Of a stretch of 64,000 bases of DNA, positions 12,251 to 20,753 are shown piece after piece. Under the pieces are notes generated by a model. The model saw only the letters and a list, made by a program, of their open reading frames with translations. It was not told the origin of the DNA and made no database searches. Source of the DNA: Cyanidioschyzon merolae (lineage: Eukaryota). Both the position numbers and the translations under genes were made by a program. The stretch lies in assembly GCA_000091205.1 (NCBI GenBank), contig AP006486.2, one strand, 5' to 3'. The stretch's first letter is position 1; the number at the start of each line of letters is the position of its first letter.

Positions 12251-12990
12251 ATGAAGGATCACTTTGAGGCTTTGAGCAAGGTGATGGGCCGCGGAGCGGA
12301 CTGTAAAGCTTTTCGGAAATTCATGAAAGTTCGCGTTGCTCATTGGGATGCCTTGTGGGAGGAGTATGCCAAGCCCCGGTGGGTTCGTTTGCGTGTGAAT
12401 CTGTATTGCGGGAAGCAGCGTGCATTCGCGAACTTTTTCAATCAGTTGAGTGCCCTGAAGGAGGATGAAAATCAGAGGCTCGTAGTAGCGTATGGAGCAG
12501 GGCGATGGAAGACCCAAAAAGGGACTACGCCAGCTCCAACGACAAGAACGTACAAGGAGTGCGCCGGGCGTTTCGTCACGATACCTGTAGATGAGCTCCG
12601 AACATCGTATACACACCATGAACTGGGGTGTACACTTCAGTGGGTCGAGATGGAAAAGCCTCAGCGGAGCCCCAAGGCTATAGCAAAGTACGGACCGCTG
12701 ACGGAAGAGCAAATGGAAAGTAGGGCGAAAGTTCGTGGATTGCTTGCACTAGTAAGTACAACGAATGACGGCAAGAAACGTATGGAGTTTGTGTACCGAG
12801 CTTTTAACGCCGCTATCAATACACGGAGATATGCGGTGCTGGAGACGAGACCTCCAGTGTTGACACGAGAGAACTTTGTGAGACAACCGTTTAAAGTGAA
12901 ACTATATGAGAAACAATTGGAAGCAGTAGTTGGTGGCCGATCCAAAAAACTGGGACGCGTCTGCACTTTAGTTGGAGAAGTTTTGTCTAC
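12251..12990 (+). CDS. Fanzor/TnpB-like ORF segment holding the RuvC-II/zinc-finger/RuvC-III region. The natural stop is mutated (TAC at 12988-12990 where the other copies have TAG), so the ORF reads through to 13201.
   Basis: KQRAFANFFNQLS, LVVAYGAGRWKTQKG, FVTIPVDELRTSYTHHELGCTL, GLLALVSTTNDGKKRMEFVYRAFNAAINTRRYAVLETRPP and GGRSKK motifs. Copies b and d terminate with TAG at the homologous position. Confidence 0.5.
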
Positions 12991-13152
12991 GGCGGGTCGC
13001 TCGCCATTACTGTACACTGGCGGCAGCGTTTTTCTTTTGAAAGGCGTTTGTTATCGCTGCCGTGGCCAAAAGAAACTTTTAAAAGCGATCACGAGGCTTG
13101 ACCAAGACCGCACAAAGGCGACGGCTTGTGAGCAACAACAGAGGTGCTCTTC

Positions 13153-16100
13153 ATGTCCAATGTCGAGCGGCACGAGGAGCCAAACGGAGCGCAGACGCTG
13201 AAGACCTGGCGAACGCTGGAGATCGCCGGGCTGGAGGTAAAGTTCCCCACAGAATTGGAACCGCACAAGCCGCAGTTGATCATTATGAACCAAGTGATAA
13301 GATGTTTGCAGCGGGCGCAAAACGCGTGCATAGAATCACCTACGGGAACGGGCAAGTCGTTGGCGTTACTCTGTTCGGCGCTGGCGTGGCTCGAAAAAGA
13401 GAAAGAGCGCTCAGAGCCCAGTCTATTAGCGGTTGCAAATCACGCTGATATGCACTCCGAATTTAAACCCGAAACTGAAGAACCCGCCGACGAGAAGCAA
13501 TCAATCCCGAAATTGCTGCCTGAGAGCCGCTCTGCGGCGGATGACTGCGGCGTTCAAGATGTCGACGACGACGACGATGATGATGACTTTACCAGCCGAC
13601 CGGCTCCGCGAGTATCGCAGTTGAAAAGCGCTTCACAGAGATGGCGTCAGCAAGGTGCTGTGGCTGGTACGCGGCATCGATATCCACTTTGTGGAAAGCA
13701 GGTCCCACTGAACCCGCTCTGCAGTGTCGCAGTGCACCTGGAGGGTACGAACCTTGCCGTACAGCAGAGGCACCCACGGATTTTCTTCTGTTCGCGTACG
13801 CACGCTCAACTCTCCCAGGTCATCGCAGAGATGCGCCGCACTCCATACGCTGGTAAGATGCGTTCCACACTGCTGGCGTCGCGGAAGCACTACTGCGTAC
13901 ATGAGGATATTCAGAGAGCGCCATCGACTCTGCAAGCGGAAGCTTGTCAGCGAGCCGTCCAGCTCAGCTTCATGGAGGAGGCCAAGTCTGCAGCTGATGC
14001 ATCCAGCACAGTAGCTGACCCTCTGGCAGGAATATCGCCCTGCTTCTATCATCACAGCGCCGCGGTGAGGCGAACAGCGTGTTCGGCCCCGCAGCCTTTT
14101 CAAATGGAAGATCTCGTGCAAGTCGGTCGCCACTGGCATGGTTGTCCGTATTTTGCATCTCGCTTTCTCGTCCATGGTGACATTCAAACGGAACCAAATC
14201 AAGACTCTGTTGAAGGATCAAGCGTCCCCGACGAACGCTCGCACACGGGAAGCGCTTCGTCTACGGATGGTGCCGTAAGCGCCCGGGCGACTTCATGTAC
14301 AACGCGGACACGAACGATCATAGAGCCTGCTGATATCATCTTTTCTCCATATTCATACCTTGTGGATCCGCTCATTCGTCGACGCATGGATATCGATATC
14401 ACCGGTGCCGTATTGATAATCGACGAAGCTCACAACATAGAAGAGGTGTGCTTAGAAGCGGCATCAGTAGACGTAAGTCTATCACAGGTGCAACGGGTTC
14501 TCCTGCAGCTAGATCACTATCTGGGGGTTCAGATGCCGGAAACAGAGCCCACCCTGGAGACACTGATGGTCCGGCGTCCGTCGTTGAATGGTACGGCGTT
14601 ACTTCGAGTGTTCCGCCACTGGTTGCAGGCCCTAGCGTCCTTCATTGAGACACGAATACCGCTGTTAGATGACATTCACGGCATTCCCGAAAGTCATCGT
14701 CCGACGTCTGGCCCATGCACTGCAGCGCAACGTCTTCATGCACAGGCCACGGTTTTCTGGCAAGACGGTGCTCTCTTGCATGAGTTAGAGGTAGGGTTTT
14801 TCCAAAATTTTGACTTTGAGCAGTGGAACTGGTCCATGGGCCAGTTAAACCGTTTTCTTGATCGCTGGCGTCAGAAACAGCAGCGCACGGTGCCGGCTTT
14901 GGCTTCAGGAATGGCGGCCTCGACGGGCTTTGGAACGGAAACAGCGACCGAAGAACATGCTGAACAGTCGGTGCAGGCGCGTCCCACGACGGGCGATGAG
15001 CGTGCAGAAACCGAGCCCCGCTTCGCGTCTCTGTGCGGTGAAGTGCTCCATCTGCTAGAACGCTTCCACATTGCGCTGCAGTTTATTTACGGCGGACAGA
15101 GCTCGAAGGGCGCAGCTGCACCTGCGGAGGCTTCCCTGCTGCACGCCACAGACTATAGACTTGTACTGAGACGCGAGATGCGCCAGGGCACCTACGGAGG
15201 AGTTGAATTCAAACTTGGACTTTGGTGCATGAATCCCGCAATTGCTTTTCGTCATCTGCGAGACAATGCGCGATCCATCGTGCTTACTTCGGGAACACTA
15301 TCGCCAATGGAATCTTTTCGAAGTGAACTTGCGACCGATTTTCTGTGTCAGACAGAATGCGACCACATTATCGATCCAGAGAAACACGTTCGAGTTTGCG
15401 TTGTGGGAACCAGCAGCTCCGGCGACCGTCTAGAGGGTTCCTACCGAACGAGCGCTACCTGGTCATATCAGGATGCCATCGGCGAAGCGCTTGCGCACTG
15501 CAGCGCACAGATTCCCGATGGTGTGCTCTGTTTCATGCCCTGCTATCGAGTCTTGGAGTCTATGTTGCAGCGCTGGAGCAGCACCGGCGCGATCGAGCGG
15601 ATTTGTGGTGCTAAGCGTCTCTTCATCGAGCGCTCTTCTGGACAAGTTATAACAGAATATGCGACCGAGACTGCTGGCGGATACAGACTTCAGCGTCGTG
15701 GTTGGCGCGACTCCTGCTTTACCCCTGCAAGGGAATATGGGACGGATGCATCTGTGGCGGCTCTCGGGGAACGGCCGAGCTCATTACGTGCTGCGTCTTC
15801 CAGTATCCTGTCTCGGGACCGGTCCAAGCGGAAACGACGCGGTGCTGGTCGAGCGTACACCTCCGCGTCAGCGTATGCAAACCGCGATGCTTTGCAGGTC
15901 TACTACGATGCGGTGGATGCAGCGCGGACTGAGACCACTGCGAGCGCACCGGTACCAGCTGCCAACGCGCGCTGTCGAATAACCGCTGATCACAAAAACG
16001 GGGCCATTATGCTGGCTGTTTGCCGGGGCAAGATCAGCGAAGGATTGAACTTTGCCGATCAGTACGGTCGCGCAGTCATTATGGTCGGTATTCCGTACCC

Positions 16101-16464
16101 CAATCTGACGGACACGTTTGTCCAGCTGAAGATGCGCTACAATGACGAGCGCAGCGGTGCAGTTTCTGGTGCTCCCATCAATGCTACGAGCACGAGTCGT
16201 CTGAGTGGCAAACAATGGTATGTTCTACAAGCGCATCGTACCGTGAACCAAGCTCTGGGAAGGTGCATTCGCAACCCTAAGGACTATGCGTCGATCATTC
16301 TTCTCGATGTTCGCTATCGCGATACGCGAACAGTGAACTGCATGTGTCGGTGGATCAGGGACCCGCTCCGCGATTATATTGCCAGGCACGGCCAGACGCT
16401 CACCCTAGAGGCAGCAGTCCGTGAAGTAGCAGAATTTTTCTTCCAGAAATATGACGCGAAATAG
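13153..16464 (+). CDS. Rad3/XPD-family Fe-S DEAH-box DNA helicase (DDX11/Chl1- or FANCJ/RTEL1-like)
   Basis: N-terminal VKFPTELEPHKPQLIIMNQV...ESPTGTGKSLALLCSALAW, an acidic D8 insertion after motif I, Fe-S Cys residues (HYCVHE ... GCPYFASR), DEAH box VLIIDEAHNIEE and C-terminal HD2 motifs GKISEGLNF...MVGIPYP...QALGRCIRNPKDYASIILLDVRY. The first ATG is at 13153 (the track start at 13144 is GTG). Confidence 0.8.
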   Translation: MSNVERHEEPNGAQTLKTWRTLEIAGLEVKFPTELEPHKPQLIIMNQVIRCLQRAQNACIESPTGTGKSLALLCSALAWLEKEKERSEPSLLAVANHADMHSEFKPETEEPADEKQSIPKLLPESRSAADDCGVQDVDDDDDDDDFTSRPAPRVSQLKSASQRWRQQGAVAGTRHRYPLCGKQVPLNPLCSVAVHLEGTNLAVQQRHPRIFFCSRTHAQLSQVIAEMRRTPYAGKMRSTLLASRKHYCVHEDIQRAPSTLQAEACQRAVQLSFMEEAKSAADASSTVADPLAGISPCFYHHSAAVRRTACSAPQPFQMEDLVQVGRHWHGCPYFASRFLVHGDIQTEPNQDSVEGSSVPDERSHTGSASSTDGAVSARATSCTTRTRTIIEPADIIFSPYSYLVDPLIRRRMDIDITGAVLIIDEAHNIEEVCLEAASVDVSLSQVQRVLLQLDHYLGVQMPETEPTLETLMVRRPSLNGTALLRVFRHWLQALASFIETRIPLLDDIHGIPESHRPTSGPCTAAQRLHAQATVFWQDGALLHELEVGFFQNFDFEQWNWSMGQLNRFLDRWRQKQQRTVPALASGMAASTGFGTETATEEHAEQSVQARPTTGDERAETEPRFASLCGEVLHLLERFHIALQFIYGGQSSKGAAAPAEASLLHATDYRLVLRREMRQGTYGGVEFKLGLWCMNPAIAFRHLRDNARSIVLTSGTLSPMESFRSELATDFLCQTECDHIIDPEKHVRVCVVGTSSSGDRLEGSYRTSATWSYQDAIGEALAHCSAQIPDGVLCFMPCYRVLESMLQRWSSTGAIERICGAKRLFIERSSGQVITEYATETAGGYRLQRRGWRDSCFTPAREYGTDASVAALGERPSSLRAASSSILSRDRSKRKRRGAGRAYTSASAYANRDALQVYYDAVDAARTETTASAPVPAANARCRITADHKNGAIMLAVCRGKISEGLNFADQYGRAVIMVGIPYPNLTDTFVQLKMRYNDERSGAVSGAPINATSTSRLSGKQWYVLQAHRTVNQALGRCIRNPKDYASIILLDVRYRDTRTVNCMCRWIRDPLRDYIARHGQTLTLEAAVREVAEFFFQKYDAK

Positions 16465-18046
16465 CACGTGCGCGAAATCGAAAAACGCTCTTTTGGCGGG
16501 AAAGAAAAACGCAGCGCACGCATACGTCGCGTGAGTACACGGCATGGGCTGAGTTTTGTTTTCGTACAGTTCAGGTATCCAAGATTGCGTGCTTGGTATC
16601 AGCGTTCGGAAAAGCATTCGTCGTTCCACGTATCCATCTAGTGCCACAATCCGTAATTGCCCGCAGAGTTGCTGGTCATTACGCACGTTCTGTGGAGAGC
16701 GCGAGTCTGTGATGCGTGTGCACGATAGCACCTGTAACACAGGTGCGGATGCAGCACCAAAGCAGAACCTCCTTGACATACCACTGGGGGCGTCGGCTTG
16801 AGCATGGCGTCCAATAAGGTATACGCATCTGCTCTCCAGAGTGATGCTATTATACACAAAAACGCTGGATACGACTTTAAGCGCCAGCCGTGAAGCACGT
16901 CGATGACTGAACGCAGATCGCATGGCGCTGGGGCCCTGCCACGTATTCCTCTGGTGCGGCGCGGTATGGTGCCCTGGTGCGCGTCTCTGCACGCGCCCGC
17001 CAATACGGCCATGACACCCGCTTCGTGCTGCTGAAGCAAGCTGCATCGACGACGGGAGAGTCCTGGTTCGCTGCCGTCAAAGGAGCAGCGTACATGCATC
17101 ACGATATGCTCTCGTTGCAAGGCTACTCCGCATGTCGTGCAGGAACGCACGGTAGCGCGAGCACGGTACGAAATATCGCTTATTTATTATAAACAGATTC
17201 TCTGCTGTCGGGGAAGTTGTGCAGAGGCGATATGGACCACGCTCCTTGATCGCTAAGAAAAGGCGGTCAAGGCGAATACGCATGCTGCCGGCACTCAGAA
17301 CGCGATTGAGAGAAAAGCAGCGGAAGCGCCTCATATCGACAAGCAGCAGCAGCCGCGGCAGCAGCTGCTGAAGCATCATCGCTTGGCTGCTGGGTCTAGC
17401 TGCCGCTCTTTTTCTCTATTTACTGTAAACGTTAATCACAACACCGGTATACAGCTGAATCGTCCGTGTATGGCTTTGGTCCTTGCGATGAACGATGCGC
17501 AGCATCCTCGCGACGACGCCGGCGACATGCAGGCCAAGCTCTGCGAAAACGACAAAGCACCTTGAGGACCGCGTTATTTGCTGCATCGAAAACCAGTCAA
17601 GGCATCGCAGGCTACATATTTTGGTTTTCGGCCGGTCAACTTCGTGCTAGCGTTGCAGCTATCCAGATACCAGATAGGCTGCGGTGACCAGAACGGATTC
17701 GCAATCCAGATTGGTTTCTAGGTTTCATTAACCAAGCGCAGTCTGAGCACGAACGAGAACGTCAATCGACTCCAGAATCTCCAAAATATTATTTCGAATT
17801 CGTACAGCGACTGCAGGCAGTTGCATTGCCTCTCGTGACAGACTCCGGGCAGCATTGGCTAACGAGAGTCGCGGTTCTGGAGAGCATGCAGCGGGATCCA
17901 GCGTTCCACGGCGTAGCTATGGGAAGCGTTGCGTATCCGAAAGAGGCAAATCGAGGCATCAGGAGGTCCTGTCAACCAGTTAGATTCATCGATCGCATTA
18001 TACAAGAGAAAACGGAGAGTCACCCGCGCGGTCCTCCGGATATTTA

Positions 18047-19930
18047 ATGGAAGCGTTGCGTATCACATTCTGGTATCTCAGATACTGGAACACAATAATC
18101 ACCGATAAAGGTCACCAGCTTTGCTTTGGGGAAAAGCATCGCCCGCGTAGGCTCGGGATAGCGCAATCGCTCGTCCAGGGCATCGGCGCTCATTGTCGCA
18201 CGGATCTATGCCATTATTTTTGGCGCGAAACGGTGAGCATCGCGTCGGTTGGAATTTCGATTCTCCACTGGGTGTATCTTTTGTTTGGCGCGTGCACTGG
18301 AGCAGCTGAAACGCTGCTGTGCACAGATCGCGTTCTCGCTCCTGGTGTGGACGCTCTTGGTACCATGCCGCGGGGAACAGATGCAACGGCTTCAGATGAG
18401 CGCGAGCAAGAAGAGCAGGCTCGAGCAACGAGACCACGGCGACGGGCAGCCGCGCGGTATGGCTCACAGAAGCGCTCGGTTGCGGTGGATCCCGCGTACT
18501 ACCTCGGGTACGCCGACGATGATGAGACTCCAGAGATGATCATGCGTAAGTTTGAGGCACTTGAGCGGTTGCAGGCTCAGAAAGCCGCAAATACCCAGCA
18601 GTCTTCGGGTGATGCGAACGACTCCCAGACGGCGAAAGAAGAAGTCACACTGACCGCTGCAGAGCAGGCGGAGCTCTTCCGCCAGACCTCTTTTTTCTCC
18701 GTGGACATGTTGGCAGGCTCCACGACACAGAGTCTACCGGGTGGTGTAGGTGAATCAACTGACCTAATCGCGGTGGGTGCGCTAGATGATTCCTCTTTTG
18801 AACGCGTGCTTGCAGAGTACGGCCTCGACGCTGTTCTATTTGGTGCGGAGCTCTCCGACTCTGAACCAGGATCTGAGTACGACGACGGCGAAGACCTTCT
18901 CTGGGAGGAGGCGCTTGAAAGCGATCGTAGTGCTCGGTTTCCAGGTCGGCTAACCCGCTCTCGCCCGGACCGCAGCGAGTCGAGCCGCGTTGCGCTCGAG
19001 TTATGGAGAGCGCGGGCAGCACTGCTCATGCGCCTCAGCGCTGGAGGGGATGCTCTGGCAGCAGCTCAGGCGGCTGCGATGATCCCCGCGGCCTTACGGG
19101 CCCGCAGACGGCGGCTAGCGGCAGAGGGTGTTCTGCGCGAGACGATTCCCACAGAGTATCCTCTACCAGTAAGCTGGGCCAGGACGATCAGGCCTCTGCG
19201 TGAAGCCGTCCAAGAGGGTCAAAAGCTGGAGCGGAATTACGAATGTGGCCGCCTGCTGCGATTCGCGAACGTGTTCCAGGCCGCCAAGACACTGCATGAA
19301 CGTATCAAAGGGCGCCATTTTCGTTGCGTCGTGCTGGATCCGCCCTGCTGGAATCAACCGGACTTTCGTGTTGAACAGTTGCGAAGCCTCCGAATCGCTG
19401 AAATCGTACCCTTCGGTTTCGTCTTTATTTGGGTCCCGAAAACACGTATCGCTGAGACCCTGCGCTGGTTTGGCGAGGAGATGCACCAAGGTGGGGGCGG
19501 TGGTTTCCATTTTGTCGAGAGCTTCTGCGTCGTCCTTAAATGGACCAATAATCGCGTGGCTACGCTCCTGTCAGAGCCGAGCGATCTGCTATGCCTGGAC
19601 CAGCCCGTAGCGGTGGCAGAGCATGCGCCCTCGGGCGTATACGCGTGCAGTCATGAGACTTGCCTTGTCCTGCGTCGACCAGGCCCCCATATTGAGCTGG
19701 CCCATCAACGCAATCCCGATCTCTGCTTTGATTACGTGCGTCTGCACCAGAAGAGGTATCAACGGCGTCGTCCGGAGCTATTCTATCACATGATCGAGAC
19801 CATGCTACCCGAAGTCGCACGCGATGGCGATATGCTCTGCGTCTGGGCGGACCAGAGTGTTTGCAAACGAACCTGCTGGGTGTCGGTTGTAGAGGACCAG
19901 TCTCTGGAAGCAGGCGAATCTTCCTCGTAG
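18047..19930 (+). CDS. MT-A70 family (N6-adenine) methyltransferase-like protein with an acidic N-terminal region. An alternative start ATG lies at 18365.
   Basis: C-terminal region CVVLDPPCWNQPD...LRIAEIVPFGFVFIWVPKTRIAETLRWFGEEM...FHFVESFCVVLKWTNNRV matches the MT-A70 motif IV (DPPW-like) and downstream conserved blocks. Confidence 0.7.
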   Translation: MEALRITFWYLRYWNTIITDKGHQLCFGEKHRPRRLGIAQSLVQGIGAHCRTDLCHYFWRETVSIASVGISILHWVYLLFGACTGAAETLLCTDRVLAPGVDALGTMPRGTDATASDEREQEEQARATRPRRRAAARYGSQKRSVAVDPAYYLGYADDDETPEMIMRKFEALERLQAQKAANTQQSSGDANDSQTAKEEVTLTAAEQAELFRQTSFFSVDMLAGSTTQSLPGGVGESTDLIAVGALDDSSFERVLAEYGLDAVLFGAELSDSEPGSEYDDGEDLLWEEALESDRSARFPGRLTRSRPDRSESSRVALELWRARAALLMRLSAGGDALAAAQAAAMIPAALRARRRRLAAEGVLRETIPTEYPLPVSWARTIRPLREAVQEGQKLERNYECGRLLRFANVFQAAKTLHERIKGRHFRCVVLDPPCWNQPDFRVEQLRSLRIAEIVPFGFVFIWVPKTRIAETLRWFGEEMHQGGGGGFHFVESFCVVLKWTNNRVATLLSEPSDLLCLDQPVAVAEHAPSGVYACSHETCLVLRRPGPHIELAHQRNPDLCFDYVRLHQKRYQRRRPELFYHMIETMLPEVARDGDMLCVWADQSVCKRTCWVSVVEDQSLEAGESSS

Positions 19931-20496
19931 CGATACGAACTGGTACCCTGCCGGACGTGCTAGCCGTTTGCAAAGCGTCGCCCATCGCTGGTGATATCAG
20001 CGCGAACCTGAATCCGCTGCATCATGTGCGTTTCAAGATGATCGAGTAGCAAGCACTGGTGCTCATGACACGTCATGAAAAGCATCGCCTATTATTATGA
20101 TCGCTTTCGCGACCGAAACGAGGTGCACGATATGCGATCCATGCATGAGCAGCCTTTTTCAGCAAGTTGCTCGCATGAACGCCATGCGTGCTCCGCCTGC
20201 TCCCCGAATGCACTTCATCTCGATAGCAGATACCTGATGCAGGCGGAGAATTTTAACGAATCCATGCCTCTTGGCTGCAGGCATAGAAAGAATCCATTGA
20301 GACGCTCGATTCGCGTGCGAAACGAATCATGCAACACGATTGTCTCGAGCGAGTTGCCTCAGCAGCCACGTCCATGAAATGCAGCGACTGTGCGTCATCT
20401 GAGGAACGCAAATCGCCAACAGCTGTCTGGAACGCGGGCGACGCGACATTGGTGCGAGCGCTGGCTGCGCATTCTAATCACGGGTGCAGGCATTCA

Positions 20497-20753
20497 ACAT
20501 TGTGCGTGCACTGCTAGAGGATATTATATGCGTGTCCAGCATTGTGCATGCACTGCTAGAGGATATTATATGCGTGTCCAGCTTTCTGCGTGCACTTCTA
20601 GAAGGATCATACATGCGTGTCCAGCTTTCTGCGTACAAATCTAGAAGGATCATACATGCGTGTCCAGCTTTCTGCGTACAAATCTAGAAGGATCATACAT
20701 GCGTGCTCAGCATTGTGCGTGCACTTCTAGAAGGATATTACATGCGTGTTCAG
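20497..20753. repeat. Minisatellite: about 6 tandem units of 42-43 bp in two subtypes
   Basis: Units cattgtgcgtgcactgctagaggatattatatgcgtgtccag (subtype A) and ctttctgcgtacaaatctagaaggatcatacatgcgtgtccag (subtype B), arranged A-A-B'-B-B-A'. Each unit contains two TGCGTG motifs. Confidence 0.8.

Larger units (their letters stand above)
10710..13060 (+). mobile_element. Most complete copy of a TnpB/Fanzor-like (RuvC-fold, transposon-associated nuclease) element. The coding region is interrupted by in-frame stops and a frame change.
   Basis: Lys/Arg-rich NLS-like N-terminus in frame 0 (10710-11501), with TAG at 10908 and TGA at 11139. Frame 2 from 11717 carries [10 protein letters not shown], RuvC-I-like [16 protein letters not shown] and [11 protein letters not shown], then TAG at 12224. 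The downstream part has KQRAFANFF, LVVAYGAGRW, a zinc-finger remnant TSYTHHELGC and the RuvC-III-like YRAFNAAINTRR. The conserved 3' tail ends near 13060 and is preceded by an AT-rich stretch (10560-10700). Related fragments lie at 8590-9110, 28327-28551 and 57561-58350. Confidence 0.55.

Noticed and set aside
12990-13201. C-terminal 70 aa of the track ORF 12251..13201 as genuine Fanzor-like coding sequence
   Set aside because: Homologous copies terminate with TAG at the position where copy 1 has TAC (12988-12990), and the downstream stretch is the conserved non-coding tail. The extension overlaps the helicase start and is read-through, not real coding.
16405-17150. Overlapping 170-213 aa minus-strand ORFs in the helicase/MT-A70 intergenic region
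   Set aside because: They are Arg/Ala-rich with no domain similarity, mutually overlap in different frames, and are treated as non-coding.
20497-20753. Possible CRISPR array (regular ~43-bp periodicity)
   Set aside because: The units are contiguous with no unique spacers between them, and the context is eukaryotic. It is a minisatellite.
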